A stretch of DNA of 64,000 nt from Flavobacteriaceae bacterium (GCA_041689995.1 JBDNFD010000106.1:554-64553), one strand, 5' to 3'; shown: positions 35,391 to 46,073, counted from the stretch's first letter. Notes: generated by a model not told the origin, from the sequence alone. Translations and numbers: made by a program.

Positions 35391-36761
35391 ATGTCAAATA
35401 TGAAAACCAAATGCATCTTATTTTTATCGGCCTTAATGGTTGGAAGCGGAATGTTCGCACAAGATTGCAATATTTCTCTTTCATTGTTCGCTGGAAAGGC
35501 TCAGATAAAAGATTGGGAAGCGGCGAAGCCTTTGTACTTGGAGCTTATTGAAGACTGTCCTTCAACCAATCTTGCCATTTATCAATACGGAGCAATGATG
35601 TACAAGGATTTTTTGGATAGCTGTACGCAAGACGCCAAAACTGAAAATGCAGAAGCTCTTATCGAAAACTACAAAAAGAGATTGCAGTATTTTCCTGAAA
35701 ACACAAAAAAAGGGGAAACGTTAGCCCTAATCGCCCAGGCAATGTACGATTATGGAATTGGAACTCCTGAAGAACAATATGCTGCCTTTGATAATGCTTG
35801 GGACATAGATCCCGAAACGTTTGAAAGCCCAAAAAGTTTGTACGCTTATTTTTCGCTCTTGGTTGATTTACACGATGCCGGAAAAGAAGATTTACAAGAA
35901 GTTTTCAGGAAATTTGATGAAGTGATCGCCAAAATTGAAACCTTGGAAAATGCGAAGGCAGAAATTGCAGCTCCATTGATGGAAAAACAAGATGCCCTAG
36001 AAGAATTGACTTCTAAGGAGAAAACCACTTTGAGCAATTCAGAGATTTATTTGAACAATTATAACATCATAAAAGAAAGTATCAACGCAAAATTGGGGCA
36101 ACGCGCCGATTGTGATAACTTGATTCCTTTGTTCGAAAAGCAATTCGACGAAAAGAAAAACGATATCGAATGGTTGCAGTTGGCCAGTGGAAGACTTTAC
36201 GCCAAAGAATGTACCGATACGCCATTGTTCGTGAGATTGGTGCAGGCGCAACACAAATTGAACCCTTCTGCAAAATCTGCTCTATACCTGGGTAAATTGG
36301 CGGAAAAAAATGGAAATTCTTCCAAAGCTTTGAAATATTACGAAGAGTCTGCCCAATTGGAAAAAAACCCTTCCGATAAGGCAAAAGTATATTATGCGAT
36401 AGCCACAAGCTACAAAAAGAAAGGCAATTATAGCACAGCACGTAATTTTTACCGAAAAGCGCTGCAAATGAAACCATCAATGGGTTCTGCTTATTTGCAA
36501 ATTGCGAATATGTATGCGCTTAGTGCGAACGATTGTGGAAACACAACCTTTGAAAAACGCGCCGTATACTGGTTGGCAGAAGATTATGCCAAACGTGCCG
36601 GTAGGGTCGATCCTTCTTTGCAAAAGCATGCAAATGAGGCCGCAGCCAGTTATAAAGGTTTAGCCCCACAACAATCCGATATTTTCAATGCAGGAAATGC
36701 CGGAAAATCCATCCAAATAGGATGCTGGATCGGCGAAAGCGTCCGGGTACCAAATTTGTAA
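35391..36761 (+). CDS. secreted TPR-repeat protein
   Basis: Signal peptide. C-terminal TPR-like repeats (AKVYYAIATSYKKKGNYSTARNFYRKALQMKPS). Confidence 0.55.
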   Translation: MSNMKTKCILFLSALMVGSGMFAQDCNISLSLFAGKAQIKDWEAAKPLYLELIEDCPSTNLAIYQYGAMMYKDFLDSCTQDAKTENAEALIENYKKRLQYFPENTKKGETLALIAQAMYDYGIGTPEEQYAAFDNAWDIDPETFESPKSLYAYFSLLVDLHDAGKEDLQEVFRKFDEVIAKIETLENAKAEIAAPLMEKQDALEELTSKEKTTLSNSEIYLNNYNIIKESINAKLGQRADCDNLIPLFEKQFDEKKNDIEWLQLASGRLYAKECTDTPLFVRLVQAQHKLNPSAKSALYLGKLAEKNGNSSKALKYYEESAQLEKNPSDKAKVYYAIATSYKKKGNYSTARNFYRKALQMKPSMGSAYLQIANMYALSANDCGNTTFEKRAVYWLAEDYAKRAGRVDPSLQKHANEAAASYKGLAPQQSDIFNAGNAGKSIQIGCWIGESVRVPNL

Positions 36762-36762
36762 G

Positions 36763-37347
36763 ATGAACCATCTCCATAAATTTTTAAAAAGCATTGTTGC
36801 AATGAGTGTTGCAACAATGCTTTTTTCATGTCAAGGAAAATTGAACGAAGTCCGGCAGTGGGAAATCCCTTCTACTGCGCCACAAGCGGTTGGGAAAGAC
36901 ATTGATTTGTTTTATACGGATAGTGGTACGGTCAAGGCTCATCTTAAAAGTCCGCTGATGTATGACTTTTCAAACGAGGGTTTTCCATATAGGGAATTTC
37001 CCAACGGACTGAATCTCGAATTTTTTGGTGATTCCCAAGAAAAAAGTACGGTGGTGGCCGATTATGCAATTATGTACGAAACCACCGGTATAGTGGATCT
37101 CCGCGGAAATGTGGATGTCGTCATGTCCGACAGCACGGTCCTTCATGCAAAACAGCTATATTGGGACAAAAATAGACAGTGGGTTTTTACGGATTTACCC
37201 TATGATGTGAAACTAACAGGCGGCGGATTTAACAAAGGGCAGGGTTTTGATTCCAACCAAAAATTTGATAATTTTAGTTCTCGTTCCAATATTGGAATGC
37301 AAGTCGTGGAAAAGAAAGATTCAGAGGTTGAAGAAGAAAAACAATAG
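36763..37347 (+). CDS. lptC: LPS export periplasmic protein LptC-like
   Basis: 194 aa lipoprotein/anchor (LFSCQG) of LptC/OstA-like size. Its position is conserved in Flavobacteriia. Confidence 0.6.
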   Translation: MNHLHKFLKSIVAMSVATMLFSCQGKLNEVRQWEIPSTAPQAVGKDIDLFYTDSGTVKAHLKSPLMYDFSNEGFPYREFPNGLNLEFFGDSQEKSTVVADYAIMYETTGIVDLRGNVDVVMSDSTVLHAKQLYWDKNRQWVFTDLPYDVKLTGGGFNKGQGFDSNQKFDNFSSRSNIGMQVVEKKDSEVEEEKQ

Positions 37348-37384
37348 ACATAGTAAAATCGGATAGTTTGGTATGCGGTGATTT

Positions 37385-37600
37385 TTGAAACAAATAAAAA
37401 ATGAACCTATGAAATTTTTGAAATATTTTAAATTTGTATATTTGGCTTTTGCCGCATTTCTTTTGTATGAAACCGTGCCCGCATGGAACGGAGACCGAAG
37501 TCAAAGTTATTTGTATCTTGGTCTAGCAGTATTAGCGATTTTTATGTTTTTCTTTAGATTGCACTGGGAGAAAAAGCTGAGGCAACGCAACCAGAAATAA
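37385..37600 (+). CDS. small two-TM membrane protein
   Basis: 71 aa with two hydrophobic helices and a basic tail. Its stop overlaps the next start (TAATG). Confidence 0.4.
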   Translation: MKQIKNEPMKFLKYFKFVYLAFAAFLLYETVPAWNGDRSQSYLYLGLAVLAIFMFFFRLHWEKKLRQRNQK

Positions 37601-38886
37601 TGGAATTTACAATAGGAATAATTATTTGTTCCCTTTTGCTCTCCGCATTCTTTTCGGGGATGGAAATCGCCTATGTTTCCTCCAATAAAATACACATTGA
37701 AATAGAAAAAAAGCGAGGAGGTTTTCTCGGTACGGTTTTGTCCAAAATCACCAATAATCCATCTAAATTTATCGCCACTATGTTGGTGGGAAACAATATT
37801 GTAGTAGTGGTTTATGGGTTTTTTATGGGCGATTTGCTCATGCGGTGGCTGAGTAGTCTAAGCACTGCCAATAATCCAATAATCCATTATCTAGTGACGG
37901 ATTTGAGCCTAATTGTGCAAACACTGATTTCAACAATAGTTATTCTTTTAACCGCCGAATTTCTTCCGAAGGTTTTTTTTCAAATCTATGCGAATTCCTT
38001 TCTCAAATTTTTTGCCGTTCCGGCCTATATGTTTTATCTGCTTTTTGGCACGGTTTCTTCTTTTGTGATCTGGCTTTCCAATATAATTCTTCGTAAAATT
38101 TTCAAAACGGAAGGAGATGAAATGCAACTCGCTTTCAGTAAAGTGGAATTGGGGAATTATATCAATGAACAAATGGAAGAAATCGAAGACGGCGAAATGA
38201 TCGATTCGGAAATACAAATCTTCCAAAATGCACTGGAATTTTCCGAAGTGAAATCGCGCGAAGTCATGATTCCACGAACGGAAATTGTGGCGGTGGATAT
38301 TTCGACCCATCCAAAAGAATTGGTGAAAATTCTCACTGAAACCGGACTTTCCAAGATTTTGGTTTACAAAAACACCAATGACGATATTGTGGGATATATT
38401 CATTCGTTCGAACTTTTTAAAAAACCGGAAGATTTGAAATCCATATTGATTCCGGTGATTTTTGTGGCCGAAACCATGTTGGTGAAAAACGTGTTGAACA
38501 TGCTCATAAAAAAGCGGAAAAGTATTGCGGTGGTCATTGATGAATATGGCGGAACCAGTGGAATGATGACCGTGGAAGACATCGTGGAAGAACTTTTTGG
38601 CGAAATTGAAGACGAACACGATTCCGTGGTATTAATTGAGCAAAGACTTTCTGAAAACACCTATCTTTTTTCCGGTAGAATGGAAATCGATTACATTAAT
38701 GAAACCTATAAACTGAATCTTCCGGAAGGTGAAAATTATGAAACACTTGGAGGCCTTATTGTAAGTCACACCGAAGAAATTCCCGAGCAAGGCGGGTTGG
38801 TTAAAATCAACAAGTTCAAGCTGAAAGTTGTCGAGGTTTCCAATACCAAAATAGAACTTGTGGAAGTGGAAGTGCTTGAACCTTGA
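37600..38886 (+). CDS. CNNM/DUF21-CBS-CorC_HlyC family protein (hemolysin-like, GldE-like)
   Basis: 428 aa: N-terminal 4-TM DUF21, a CBS pair, and a C-terminal CorC_HlyC domain. Confidence 0.8.
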   Translation: MEFTIGIIICSLLLSAFFSGMEIAYVSSNKIHIEIEKKRGGFLGTVLSKITNNPSKFIATMLVGNNIVVVVYGFFMGDLLMRWLSSLSTANNPIIHYLVTDLSLIVQTLISTIVILLTAEFLPKVFFQIYANSFLKFFAVPAYMFYLLFGTVSSFVIWLSNIILRKIFKTEGDEMQLAFSKVELGNYINEQMEEIEDGEMIDSEIQIFQNALEFSEVKSREVMIPRTEIVAVDISTHPKELVKILTETGLSKILVYKNTNDDIVGYIHSFELFKKPEDLKSILIPVIFVAETMLVKNVLNMLIKKRKSIAVVIDEYGGTSGMMTVEDIVEELFGEIEDEHDSVVLIEQRLSENTYLFSGRMEIDYINETYKLNLPEGENYETLGGLIVSHTEEIPEQGGLVKINKFKLKVVEVSNTKIELVEVEVLEP

Positions 38887-38967
38887 ACTCAAAACTTTTA
38901 CCCAAAGAATGTTTTATAGTTTCGTTAAATAGCTTATTTTCGCACACTATATTTTTAGAATCATAAA

Positions 38968-41094
38968 ATGGCAGTATTAAATAAGATTAGGCAGCGATCC
39001 ATATTTTTAATCGTGATCATTGCATTGGCACTTTTTTCTTTTGTGCTTTCCGATATTATTCGAAACGGGGGCTTTTCCTCTTCAAAATCGCAAAATATCA
39101 TCGGCACCGTGAACGGTGAAGATGTGGATCGAAAAGATTTTTCCATGCAAGTGGAATCTGTCCAGGGCAACAGTCAGCGGCAAATGACCACCATGCAAAC
39201 CGTGAAACAAGTTTGGGACAGCAAAGTGCGCGAGGTCTTATTGGCGCAGCAAATGGAAGAACTTGGTATTGATGTGGGGGAAGCCCAAATCAATCAACTC
39301 TTGGAACAACAGCTTGCCAACTATCCTAATTTTGCAGATGAAAATGGATTTTTCAGCTTTGGTGTGCTTCGCGAATATGTGGCCAATTTAAAAGCAAAGT
39401 CGCCCGAAGAATATAGTCAATGGGTGACTTATGAAAACAATATTGCCCAAGCCGCAAAAGCTCAAATTTATTTCGATATGATCAAGGCGGGCGTTGGTGC
39501 AACCTTGGTGGAAGCAAAACAGGCTTATCAGTTGGAAAATGATAATATTGACATTCAATATGTTCAAATTCCTTATACTTCTGTTGAAGATGTAAAAATC
39601 AGCGACGAGGCTGTGGTTTCTTATATGAAAAAGCATCCGAAAACTTATAAATCCGAAGCTTCCCGCGATATTCAGTATGTGTTGTTCGAAGAAAGCCCTT
39701 CCGAAGAAGATCAATCAGCGGTTAAAGAAGAGCTGACAGCTTTGTTGGGCGATCGCGAAGAATATAATTCTACCACCAAATCAAACGATACCATCCGAGG
39801 TTTTAGAGCTGACCAAAACAATAAAGATTTTGTGAACAGGAATTCCGATATTCCTTTTCAAGACCGGTTTTATTTCAAAGAAAACCTACCCAAAGAAATT
39901 GCGGATAAACTTTTCTCTTTGAATGAAGGCGAAGTTTATGGCCCTTATAATTTAAATGGCTCTTGGAACCTTACTAAATTGATAGAAACCAAACAACTGC
40001 CAGATTCGGTCAAAGCAAGCCATATTTTGATTTCTTGGGAAGGATTGCGCACCGCAAACGGCATTACCCGTTCCAAAGAAGAAGCAAAAAAATTAGCCGA
40101 CAGTCTTTTGGTAGAAGTGAAAAAGAGTGATGAAAAATTTGGTGAAATCGCAAAAAATTATTCTGCCGACACTTCGAATAAAGACAAAGGAGGCGAACTC
40201 GGTTGGTTCACTTACGGACAAATGGTGCCACCTTTCAACGCTTATGTTTTTTCAAATAAAAAAGGCGATATTGGAATAGTGGAAACAGATTTCGGATTTC
40301 ATATTGTTTCCATTGAAGAACAAACTGATCAGGGAAAGGCGATTAAAATTGCTACGGTTTCCCGAAAAGTTGAACCCTCGGAAGCCACCATGAACGATTT
40401 GTTCACAAAAACCACGAGTTTCCAATTAGAAGCTGGTAAAAAAGGCTTCGACGAAGTCATAAAATCTGATACCTTGTTGAAAGTACGTCCGGTAAAAGGT
40501 ATAAAGGTTTTGGATGAAAATCTTCCCGGAATTGGGGCCCAGCGAAGAATTGTTCAATGGGCTTTCCAAAATGATGTGAAAGTAGGGAACGTAAAACGTT
40601 TTGATGTCGAAGGCGGATATGCCGTTGTGCAGCTAACAGCAAAAAATCCAGAAGGATTAATGTCCGTTGAAAAAGCTTCCGCTATGGTGAAACCTATTCT
40701 TCAAAAAGAGAAAAAGGCAGAAATTATAAAAGGCAAAATTAGCGGAACAGATATTGCTGAGATCGCCCAGAGTAACGGAACGCAAGTTCGATCTGCAACT
40801 GGAATCAGCTTAAGCGAACCTATGATAAGCGGTGCAGGAAACGAGCCGGAAGTTATTGGAGCAGCATTCTCGTTAAATGAAGGCCAAACCACACAACCAA
40901 TTGCTGGTGAAAAAGGGGTTTTCGTGGTGAAATTGACACATCGAACAAAAGCTCCTGAATTGGCTTCCTATTCAGCTATCGCGGCACAAGAAAGTCAAAA
41001 ACGCTCATCCGCGATCGGGGCAGGAGATGAACCGGTAGTTAAAGCTCTGAAAAAAGCTGCTGATATTGAAGATAATCGAGCTACTTTTTACTAA
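38968..41094 (+). CDS. ppiD: PpiD-like periplasmic peptidyl-prolyl isomerase/chaperone
   Basis: 708 aa with an N-terminal anchor. Parvulin domain: ASHILISWEG...GGELGWFTYGQMVPPFNAYVF...GFHIV. Confidence 0.75.
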   Translation: MAVLNKIRQRSIFLIVIIALALFSFVLSDIIRNGGFSSSKSQNIIGTVNGEDVDRKDFSMQVESVQGNSQRQMTTMQTVKQVWDSKVREVLLAQQMEELGIDVGEAQINQLLEQQLANYPNFADENGFFSFGVLREYVANLKAKSPEEYSQWVTYENNIAQAAKAQIYFDMIKAGVGATLVEAKQAYQLENDNIDIQYVQIPYTSVEDVKISDEAVVSYMKKHPKTYKSEASRDIQYVLFEESPSEEDQSAVKEELTALLGDREEYNSTTKSNDTIRGFRADQNNKDFVNRNSDIPFQDRFYFKENLPKEIADKLFSLNEGEVYGPYNLNGSWNLTKLIETKQLPDSVKASHILISWEGLRTANGITRSKEEAKKLADSLLVEVKKSDEKFGEIAKNYSADTSNKDKGGELGWFTYGQMVPPFNAYVFSNKKGDIGIVETDFGFHIVSIEEQTDQGKAIKIATVSRKVEPSEATMNDLFTKTTSFQLEAGKKGFDEVIKSDTLLKVRPVKGIKVLDENLPGIGAQRRIVQWAFQNDVKVGNVKRFDVEGGYAVVQLTAKNPEGLMSVEKASAMVKPILQKEKKAEIIKGKISGTDIAEIAQSNGTQVRSATGISLSEPMISGAGNEPEVIGAAFSLNEGQTTQPIAGEKGVFVVKLTHRTKAPELASYSAIAAQESQKRSSAIGAGDEPVVKALKKAADIEDNRATFY

Positions 41095-41109
41095 GATATT
41101 TTAAAATTA

Positions 41110-41150
41110 CAAAAAGCCTTTTCATTTAATTTTGAAAAGGCTTTTTGCTT
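41110..41150 (+). terminator. intrinsic terminator after the ppiD-like gene
   Basis: AAAAGCCTTTTC/GAAAAGGCTTTT 12-bp stem followed by TTGCTTTTT. Confidence 0.7.
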
Positions 41151-41347
41151 TTTGTTTATTAGGTAAAATTTTCTGCGTTGAGTGAAGTATTTCTTGCAAT
41201 GCCGGCCCCCGCCCATTTGCGGGGATCTTTTTTGCATCTTGTAGATACTGTGTTTAAAAACAAGTAAATTTGGTTTTTTTCTAAATCGTGGTTCTGAGAT
41301 ACCTACAAGGTTTTAGCAACCTTGCAGGAATAAAATTTATCTAAAAA

Positions 41348-43345
41348 TCATATTACCCTGTTCAATTTATTTGAAATTCGGACTTCCAAGTCCTTGTAAT
41401 CTATGGTTTGTTTAATGACTTCTAAATTTTGTTCCCCTCGGTTCTCTTTGATGCTTTCGCCCAGAGCTTTCACTTTCTTTTTGATCCAAAAACGTCGCAA
41501 ATTTAAAATGGTTTCGATCACTTCCCGTGGTTCCAACTCGCTTTTGTCCTTCACATAAATGTCTTTATCTTCCCAGCGGTGCAAAATGTTCCGTTCGCTT
41601 TCCATTAAAATCGAAGTAATTTCCGCGGCGTGCTCTTCTGGGATTTGATTGATAAAAGAATCTATTTTTAAAGATTGCTTGGTGCTGAATTCCAACATAA
41701 TTCTGGAATACAAGTCCCGAAAAACTTGGTTCGCAAATTCAATTTCATCGTCTTGCAAATCCAAGAATATTTTTTCATAAACTGTGATTTCATATTTATC
41801 CGGGATTAAAGTCTCCTCTCCTTCTTCGCCTTTTTCATTTATAAAATCCTGAAACTCTTCTTTCACAGAACCATATCGCAACAATAGTCCGATGATAATC
41901 CGTTCCAACTCGAATTGTGGGTCGATTTGTGGTTTCGTTTCCACTGTTTTTTTAATTCCTTCAAAGGTTTTGCGAGGTTCGCCCTTCTTGTTTTGAACGG
42001 CATCTTTCGCCAAGATTTGTGCCAAAGTGCTGAATAGTACTTCTTCCGAAATATCCATGGTTACCGCACATTCTTTCACATAAATTTCTTGCTGGATTTT
42101 GTTTGGGATTTTTGAAATACTTTCCACCATATCGCGGATCACTTCCGCTTTTTTCACCGGGTCGTTTTTGCTTTCCTCCAATAACAAATTGGCTTTATAA
42201 TAGATGAAATCTTTGGCATTATCGGTCAAAAAGGTTTTTATTTCTTCCTCGGAATGTGCTTTCGCAAAACTATCCGGATCCTCTCCATTTGGAAAAGCAC
42301 AGATTTTCACATTCATTCCCTGTTCCAAAATCAGATCGATACCGCGCAAGGAAGCCCGCATTCCCGCTGCATCTCCATCGAATAAAATCGTGATATTTTT
42401 TGTCAATCGGTTCACTAGTCGAACCTGATCTGAGGTCAAAGCTGTGCCAGAGGAAGAAACCACATTTTCGATCCCGCTTTGGTGCAGCTGGATCACGTCG
42501 GTGTAGCCCTCGACCAAATAGCAAATATCTTCTTTTGCAATGCTTTGTTTCGCTTGGAATAAACCGTACAAAACTTTTCCTTTGTGATAAATTTCGCTTT
42601 CGGGCGAGTTTAGATATTTAGCGGCCCCGCCTGACGGACGGGCAGGCTTTTTATCATTTGTTAAAATTCGTCCACCAAATCCCAAAACCCTCCCCGACAT
42701 GGAATGAATGGGAAAAATGACCCGACCTCTGAAACGGTCGAACCCGCCTTGTTGACCGGCAGATTGTTTGTCATCCTTAACGATGGAAAGTCCGGTTTTT
42801 TCTAAAAATTCAAGTTTATAGCCTTTTTTTATGGCCTCGGAAGTAAATGCTTCCCAAACATCGGGCGAATAACCCAATTTGAATTGCTCCATACTTTCGT
42901 TGGAAAAACCACGTTCCTTGAAATATCCCAGTCCAATGGATTTCCCAATATCGGTTTTGTGAAGTTGGCGTTCAAAAAAGTTTTGAGCAAATTCGTTTAC
43001 CAAATACATACTTTCGCGCTCGTCTGCTTGTAATTTTTGCTCATCTGTTTGTTCGGTTTCTTCGACTTCAATATTGTATTTCCGAGCCAAATATTTGATT
43101 GCTTCCGGATAGGTGAAATGTTCGTGTTCCATGAGAAATGCGACCACATTTCCGCCTTTTCCGCTGGAAAAATCCTTCCAGATTTGTTTCACCGGCGAAA
43201 CCATAAAACTCGGAGTGCGTTCATCGCTGAACGGACTTAGGCCTTTGAAGTTGCTTCCCGCTTTTTTCAGTTGCACAAAATCGCCGATCACCTCCTCCAC
43301 GCGGGCGGTTTCAAAAACTTGGTCGATGGTGGTTTTATTGATCAT
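41348..43345 (-). CDS. dnaG: DNA primase
   Basis: Toprim motifs (YLVEGYTDVI, LFDGDAAG). N-terminus MINKTTIDQVFETARVEEVIGDF. The ORF extends to 43444, but that extension looks non-native. Confidence 0.92.
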   Translation of the reverse strand: MINKTTIDQVFETARVEEVIGDFVQLKKAGSNFKGLSPFSDERTPSFMVSPVKQIWKDFSSGKGGNVVAFLMEHEHFTYPEAIKYLARKYNIEVEETEQTDEQKLQADERESMYLVNEFAQNFFERQLHKTDIGKSIGLGYFKERGFSNESMEQFKLGYSPDVWEAFTSEAIKKGYKLEFLEKTGLSIVKDDKQSAGQQGGFDRFRGRVIFPIHSMSGRVLGFGGRILTNDKKPARPSGGAAKYLNSPESEIYHKGKVLYGLFQAKQSIAKEDICYLVEGYTDVIQLHQSGIENVVSSSGTALTSDQVRLVNRLTKNITILFDGDAAGMRASLRGIDLILEQGMNVKICAFPNGEDPDSFAKAHSEEEIKTFLTDNAKDFIYYKANLLLEESKNDPVKKAEVIRDMVESISKIPNKIQQEIYVKECAVTMDISEEVLFSTLAQILAKDAVQNKKGEPRKTFEGIKKTVETKPQIDPQFELERIIIGLLLRYGSVKEEFQDFINEKGEEGEETLIPDKYEITVYEKIFLDLQDDEIEFANQVFRDLYSRIMLEFSTKQSLKIDSFINQIPEEHAAEITSILMESERNILHRWEDKDIYVKDKSELEPREVIETILNLRRFWIKKKVKALGESIKENRGEQNLEVIKQTIDYKDLEVRISNKLNRVI

Positions 43346-43519
43346 TTTTGCACAAATCCATTTTTGGAATCTGGATTCAAAGATAGAAAAGAATGAGGAG
43401 GAATGTAATGTGTTTTTTTCTGTTTCAAGTCCTAAATAAATCAACCCCTTCAGGATAAAAAATTATGAAGAGGTTGCAACAACTAAATATTTCTACCTTT
43501 TATTTTGTCAGTTTTGGGC

Positions 43520-44545
43520 TTAAAAAGCTAACCGAACGCCCAAGGAAACATTGTGTTCCGCAATAGCATTATTGGTAAAAATAGGGTTCAAATCATATTT
43601 AATGTACAACGCGTACCAATCGTAACCTACATAAGCGCTCAATCCATATATGAAATTAGTGGTGTTGTAGCCTTTTTTCAATTTAGATTTTTCGTGGTGG
43701 CCATTATCCTTGTATTTCAATTTTTGTACGGTGTTCATATTCAGTCCCGCATATCCTCCAACTCCAACCTTAAAGAGATTTTCGGTGGAATGATACGAAT
43801 TTTTTCGACCTTGTTCAATAGTCGAACCGCCAAATTCAAAATGGATAGGAATAACCAAATTATCGTTCCTAAATTTTGATTTCTTCAAATTAATGGGATA
43901 TTCAGCTAAATAAGTCTCATCGTCATCTTGCTCAAAATATAGATTTCCCTCTGGTTTCAAGCCATTAAACTGAAAGGAAACACCATATTTTACCCGCATA
44001 AAATCCGTAAGAAATGTTGTGAATTCATATCCAACTTCAAAAAACCGGCTGCCACCAATTTTATATGGTGAATCGTTCAACGAACCGCTTTCTGGGATTG
44101 CATTGTTCAGTCCGAAAGCAATATATGGGCCTGAAAACGTGCTCTTTGGAATAGAGTCTGTGATTACCTCATTTTCCTTTTTATTGAATAAATTGCTACC
44201 GATAAAAACCCGGATATTAGTCTCTTTTCCTTCTTCCCGTTGAAGCAGAGCAATTTGGGAGTCGATAATGTTCAACCGGTCTTCGATGTTCAGGGCTCTT
44301 CGTTTCGCGGCTTCTTTTTTCAATTTTTCGGCTTCTTCGCTATCTATTTTCCCGGCGTCAAGGCGTTGGTTGATTGCTTTTACATCTTCGGCTAGTTTTG
44401 CTTTTTCATCTTGCACAACCAATTCCTTTTTATCGTTCAACGCGCTTATTTCATCTCCTTTGGAAATAATCGAAATCTGGGCTTGTGCTTGCTGAAAAAA
44501 CAAGCTCATTAAAAGAAGGCTGATCAGTATAATTGTTGTTTTCAT
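43520..44545 (-). CDS. hypothetical outer-membrane protein (coiled-coil N-part, beta-barrel-like C-part)
   Basis: Signal peptide and a Lys/Glu-rich helical region. The C-terminal strands end in LGVRLAF. Confidence 0.5.
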   Translation of the reverse strand: MKTTIILISLLLMSLFFQQAQAQISIISKGDEISALNDKKELVVQDEKAKLAEDVKAINQRLDAGKIDSEEAEKLKKEAAKRRALNIEDRLNIIDSQIALLQREEGKETNIRVFIGSNLFNKKENEVITDSIPKSTFSGPYIAFGLNNAIPESGSLNDSPYKIGGSRFFEVGYEFTTFLTDFMRVKYGVSFQFNGLKPEGNLYFEQDDDETYLAEYPINLKKSKFRNDNLVIPIHFEFGGSTIEQGRKNSYHSTENLFKVGVGGYAGLNMNTVQKLKYKDNGHHEKSKLKKGYNTTNFIYGLSAYVGYDWYALYIKYDLNPIFTNNAIAEHNVSLGVRLAF

Positions 44546-44622
44546 AAGGGTATTGATTTTAGTTAAAAGGATTCCCGCCCTTCTTCTGTGGAAAGGTTTT
44601 CAGGTTACAAAAAATGATTTTA

Positions 44623-45360
44623 TTAGTTAAAGATTCTGTTCGTTGATGCCAGTTGTATCAATTTATCGTGAACCGTATTTAGAATTCGATCTTTGGTGGA
44701 TTGTTCGCTTTTTATTTCCACGGATTCCAATAGCGCTTGAGCGTTAATTTCATTTGTGGGGCGCACCAAGAAGGCTCTGGTTTTTAATTTGCTTTGCGCT
44801 TCGTTCAGCAAATTATCAATTTCGGTATCGCTTGTAACCGTTATTTCCGTGGCTGCCAAAAATTCGTTTTCTTGTGATCTTCTGCCATTGATTTCTTTTC
44901 CTCTATAAATCGGTTTGGAAATCGGGTTATTTTGTTGTGTGATCGAATTTTTCAGCGCTGACTTGGTGTCGATATTCTTTCGGACTGTTTTTTCAGCTTT
45001 TTGTGTTTCTTTTTTCTGAAATGCCACCTCAGAAGATTTGAGCGGCGCGACGATTTCAGTTTCGGGAATCAACAAATCTTTGGAAGGATTCACGGATTTT
45101 TCCAGGCCCCGATTTCTAGCGGCTTCTTTCACAACTCCATTTTTATTAACTGCGGATTCTCCCGGATTAAAAATAAGTCCGCCGATGACTATTCCTCCAA
45201 TGAAGACTGCGGCGATCGCAGACCACCAAAATGAATTTTTGGTTTTGGTCTGTTCTTTATCCATATTTTCAGCCAGTTTTTCCCAACTTGAAGCCGAAGG
45301 AGTGATTTTTCGACCTTCCAGTTTTTCTTTCAATTCGTTGTCAAATCCTCTTAGTTCCAT
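44623..45360 (-). CDS. putative membrane-anchored anti-sigma factor
   Basis: Single TM (WWSAIAAVFIGGIVIGGLIF) after a short cytoplasmic N-domain. Overlaps the ECF sigma gene end by 10 nt. Confidence 0.45.
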   Translation of the reverse strand: MELRGFDNELKEKLEGRKITPSASSWEKLAENMDKEQTKTKNSFWWSAIAAVFIGGIVIGGLIFNPGESAVNKNGVVKEAARNRGLEKSVNPSKDLLIPETEIVAPLKSSEVAFQKKETQKAEKTVRKNIDTKSALKNSITQQNNPISKPIYRGKEINGRRSQENEFLAATEITVTSDTEIDNLLNEAQSKLKTRAFLVRPTNEINAQALLESVEIKSEQSTKDRILNTVHDKLIQLASTNRIFN

Positions 45361-45914
45361 TGCTCTTTCTTTTTAGTTTGGCCCCATTTCTCTTTCACTA
45401 TTTGTCGGGCTTTGGAAAGCTGCGACCTGGAAGAACCTTCCGAAATATTCAGCATTTCCGCAATTTCCGAATGTTTATATCCTTCAACAGCAAACAGGAT
45501 CAACACCGTTCTATATCCATTGGGAAGTTCGTCGATATACTGTTGCACTTCTTCAATTTCCTCATTTGTGGAATAAATATCGTCTGAAACGGGCGTATTT
45601 CTATCAGTAAATTCTTCTGTGAATCCCCTTCTTTTTTGAGAGCGTATAAAATCAATTGCTTCACAAACCACGATTCTTCTCACCCATCCTTCAAAACTTC
45701 CTTCATTTCTAAAATTTTTCAGGTTTTTGAACATTTTGAAAAAGGCTTTCAATAGCACATCTTCCGCAAAATGAATATCCTTAATATACATGCGGCAAAC
45801 GCTCAGCATTTTCGGCGAATACTTTTCATACAATGCTTTCTGAGCAGCGCGATCTTCCATCGATGCTTTTTTGATCAGCCGGATTTCATCAATGTGAAGT
45901 TGAATGACTTTCAT
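45351..45914 (-). CDS. ECF-type RNA polymerase sigma-70 factor
   Basis: 187 aa. Region 2 (FEGWVRRIVVCEAIDFIR) and region 4 HTH (YKHSEIAEMLNISEGSSRSQLSKAR). Confidence 0.85.
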   Translation of the reverse strand: MKVIQLHIDEIRLIKKASMEDRAAQKALYEKYSPKMLSVCRMYIKDIHFAEDVLLKAFFKMFKNLKNFRNEGSFEGWVRRIVVCEAIDFIRSQKRRGFTEEFTDRNTPVSDDIYSTNEEIEEVQQYIDELPNGYRTVLILFAVEGYKHSEIAEMLNISEGSSRSQLSKARQIVKEKWGQTKKKEQWN

Positions 45915-45940
45915 GGTTTTTTACGTACCTCTATATTATA

Positions 45941-45966
45941 GACGATTCTTTTTGTAGAAATGTTGC
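45941..45966 (-). promoter_or_regulatory. possible ECF-type autoregulated promoter (GCAAC-N17-CGTC)
   Basis: Minus strand: AGCAAC atttctacaaaaagaat CGTCT, 27 nt upstream of the sigma gene ATG. Confidence 0.3.
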
Positions 45967-46073
45967 TTTCAAGAAGAAATATTTTTCAGGAATTTATCGC
46001 AAATATGAATAGAAAAAATGAAATAACACCTGTAGATTAGTGAAAATTAGAGCTTTGGAATGAATTTTATTAC

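Noticed and set aside
43346-43444. 33-codon N-terminal extension of the dnaG ORF
   Set aside because: The primase N-terminus MINKTTIDQVFETARVEEVIGDF matches the family start. The upstream codons (MIYLGLETEKNTLHSSSFF...) look non-native.
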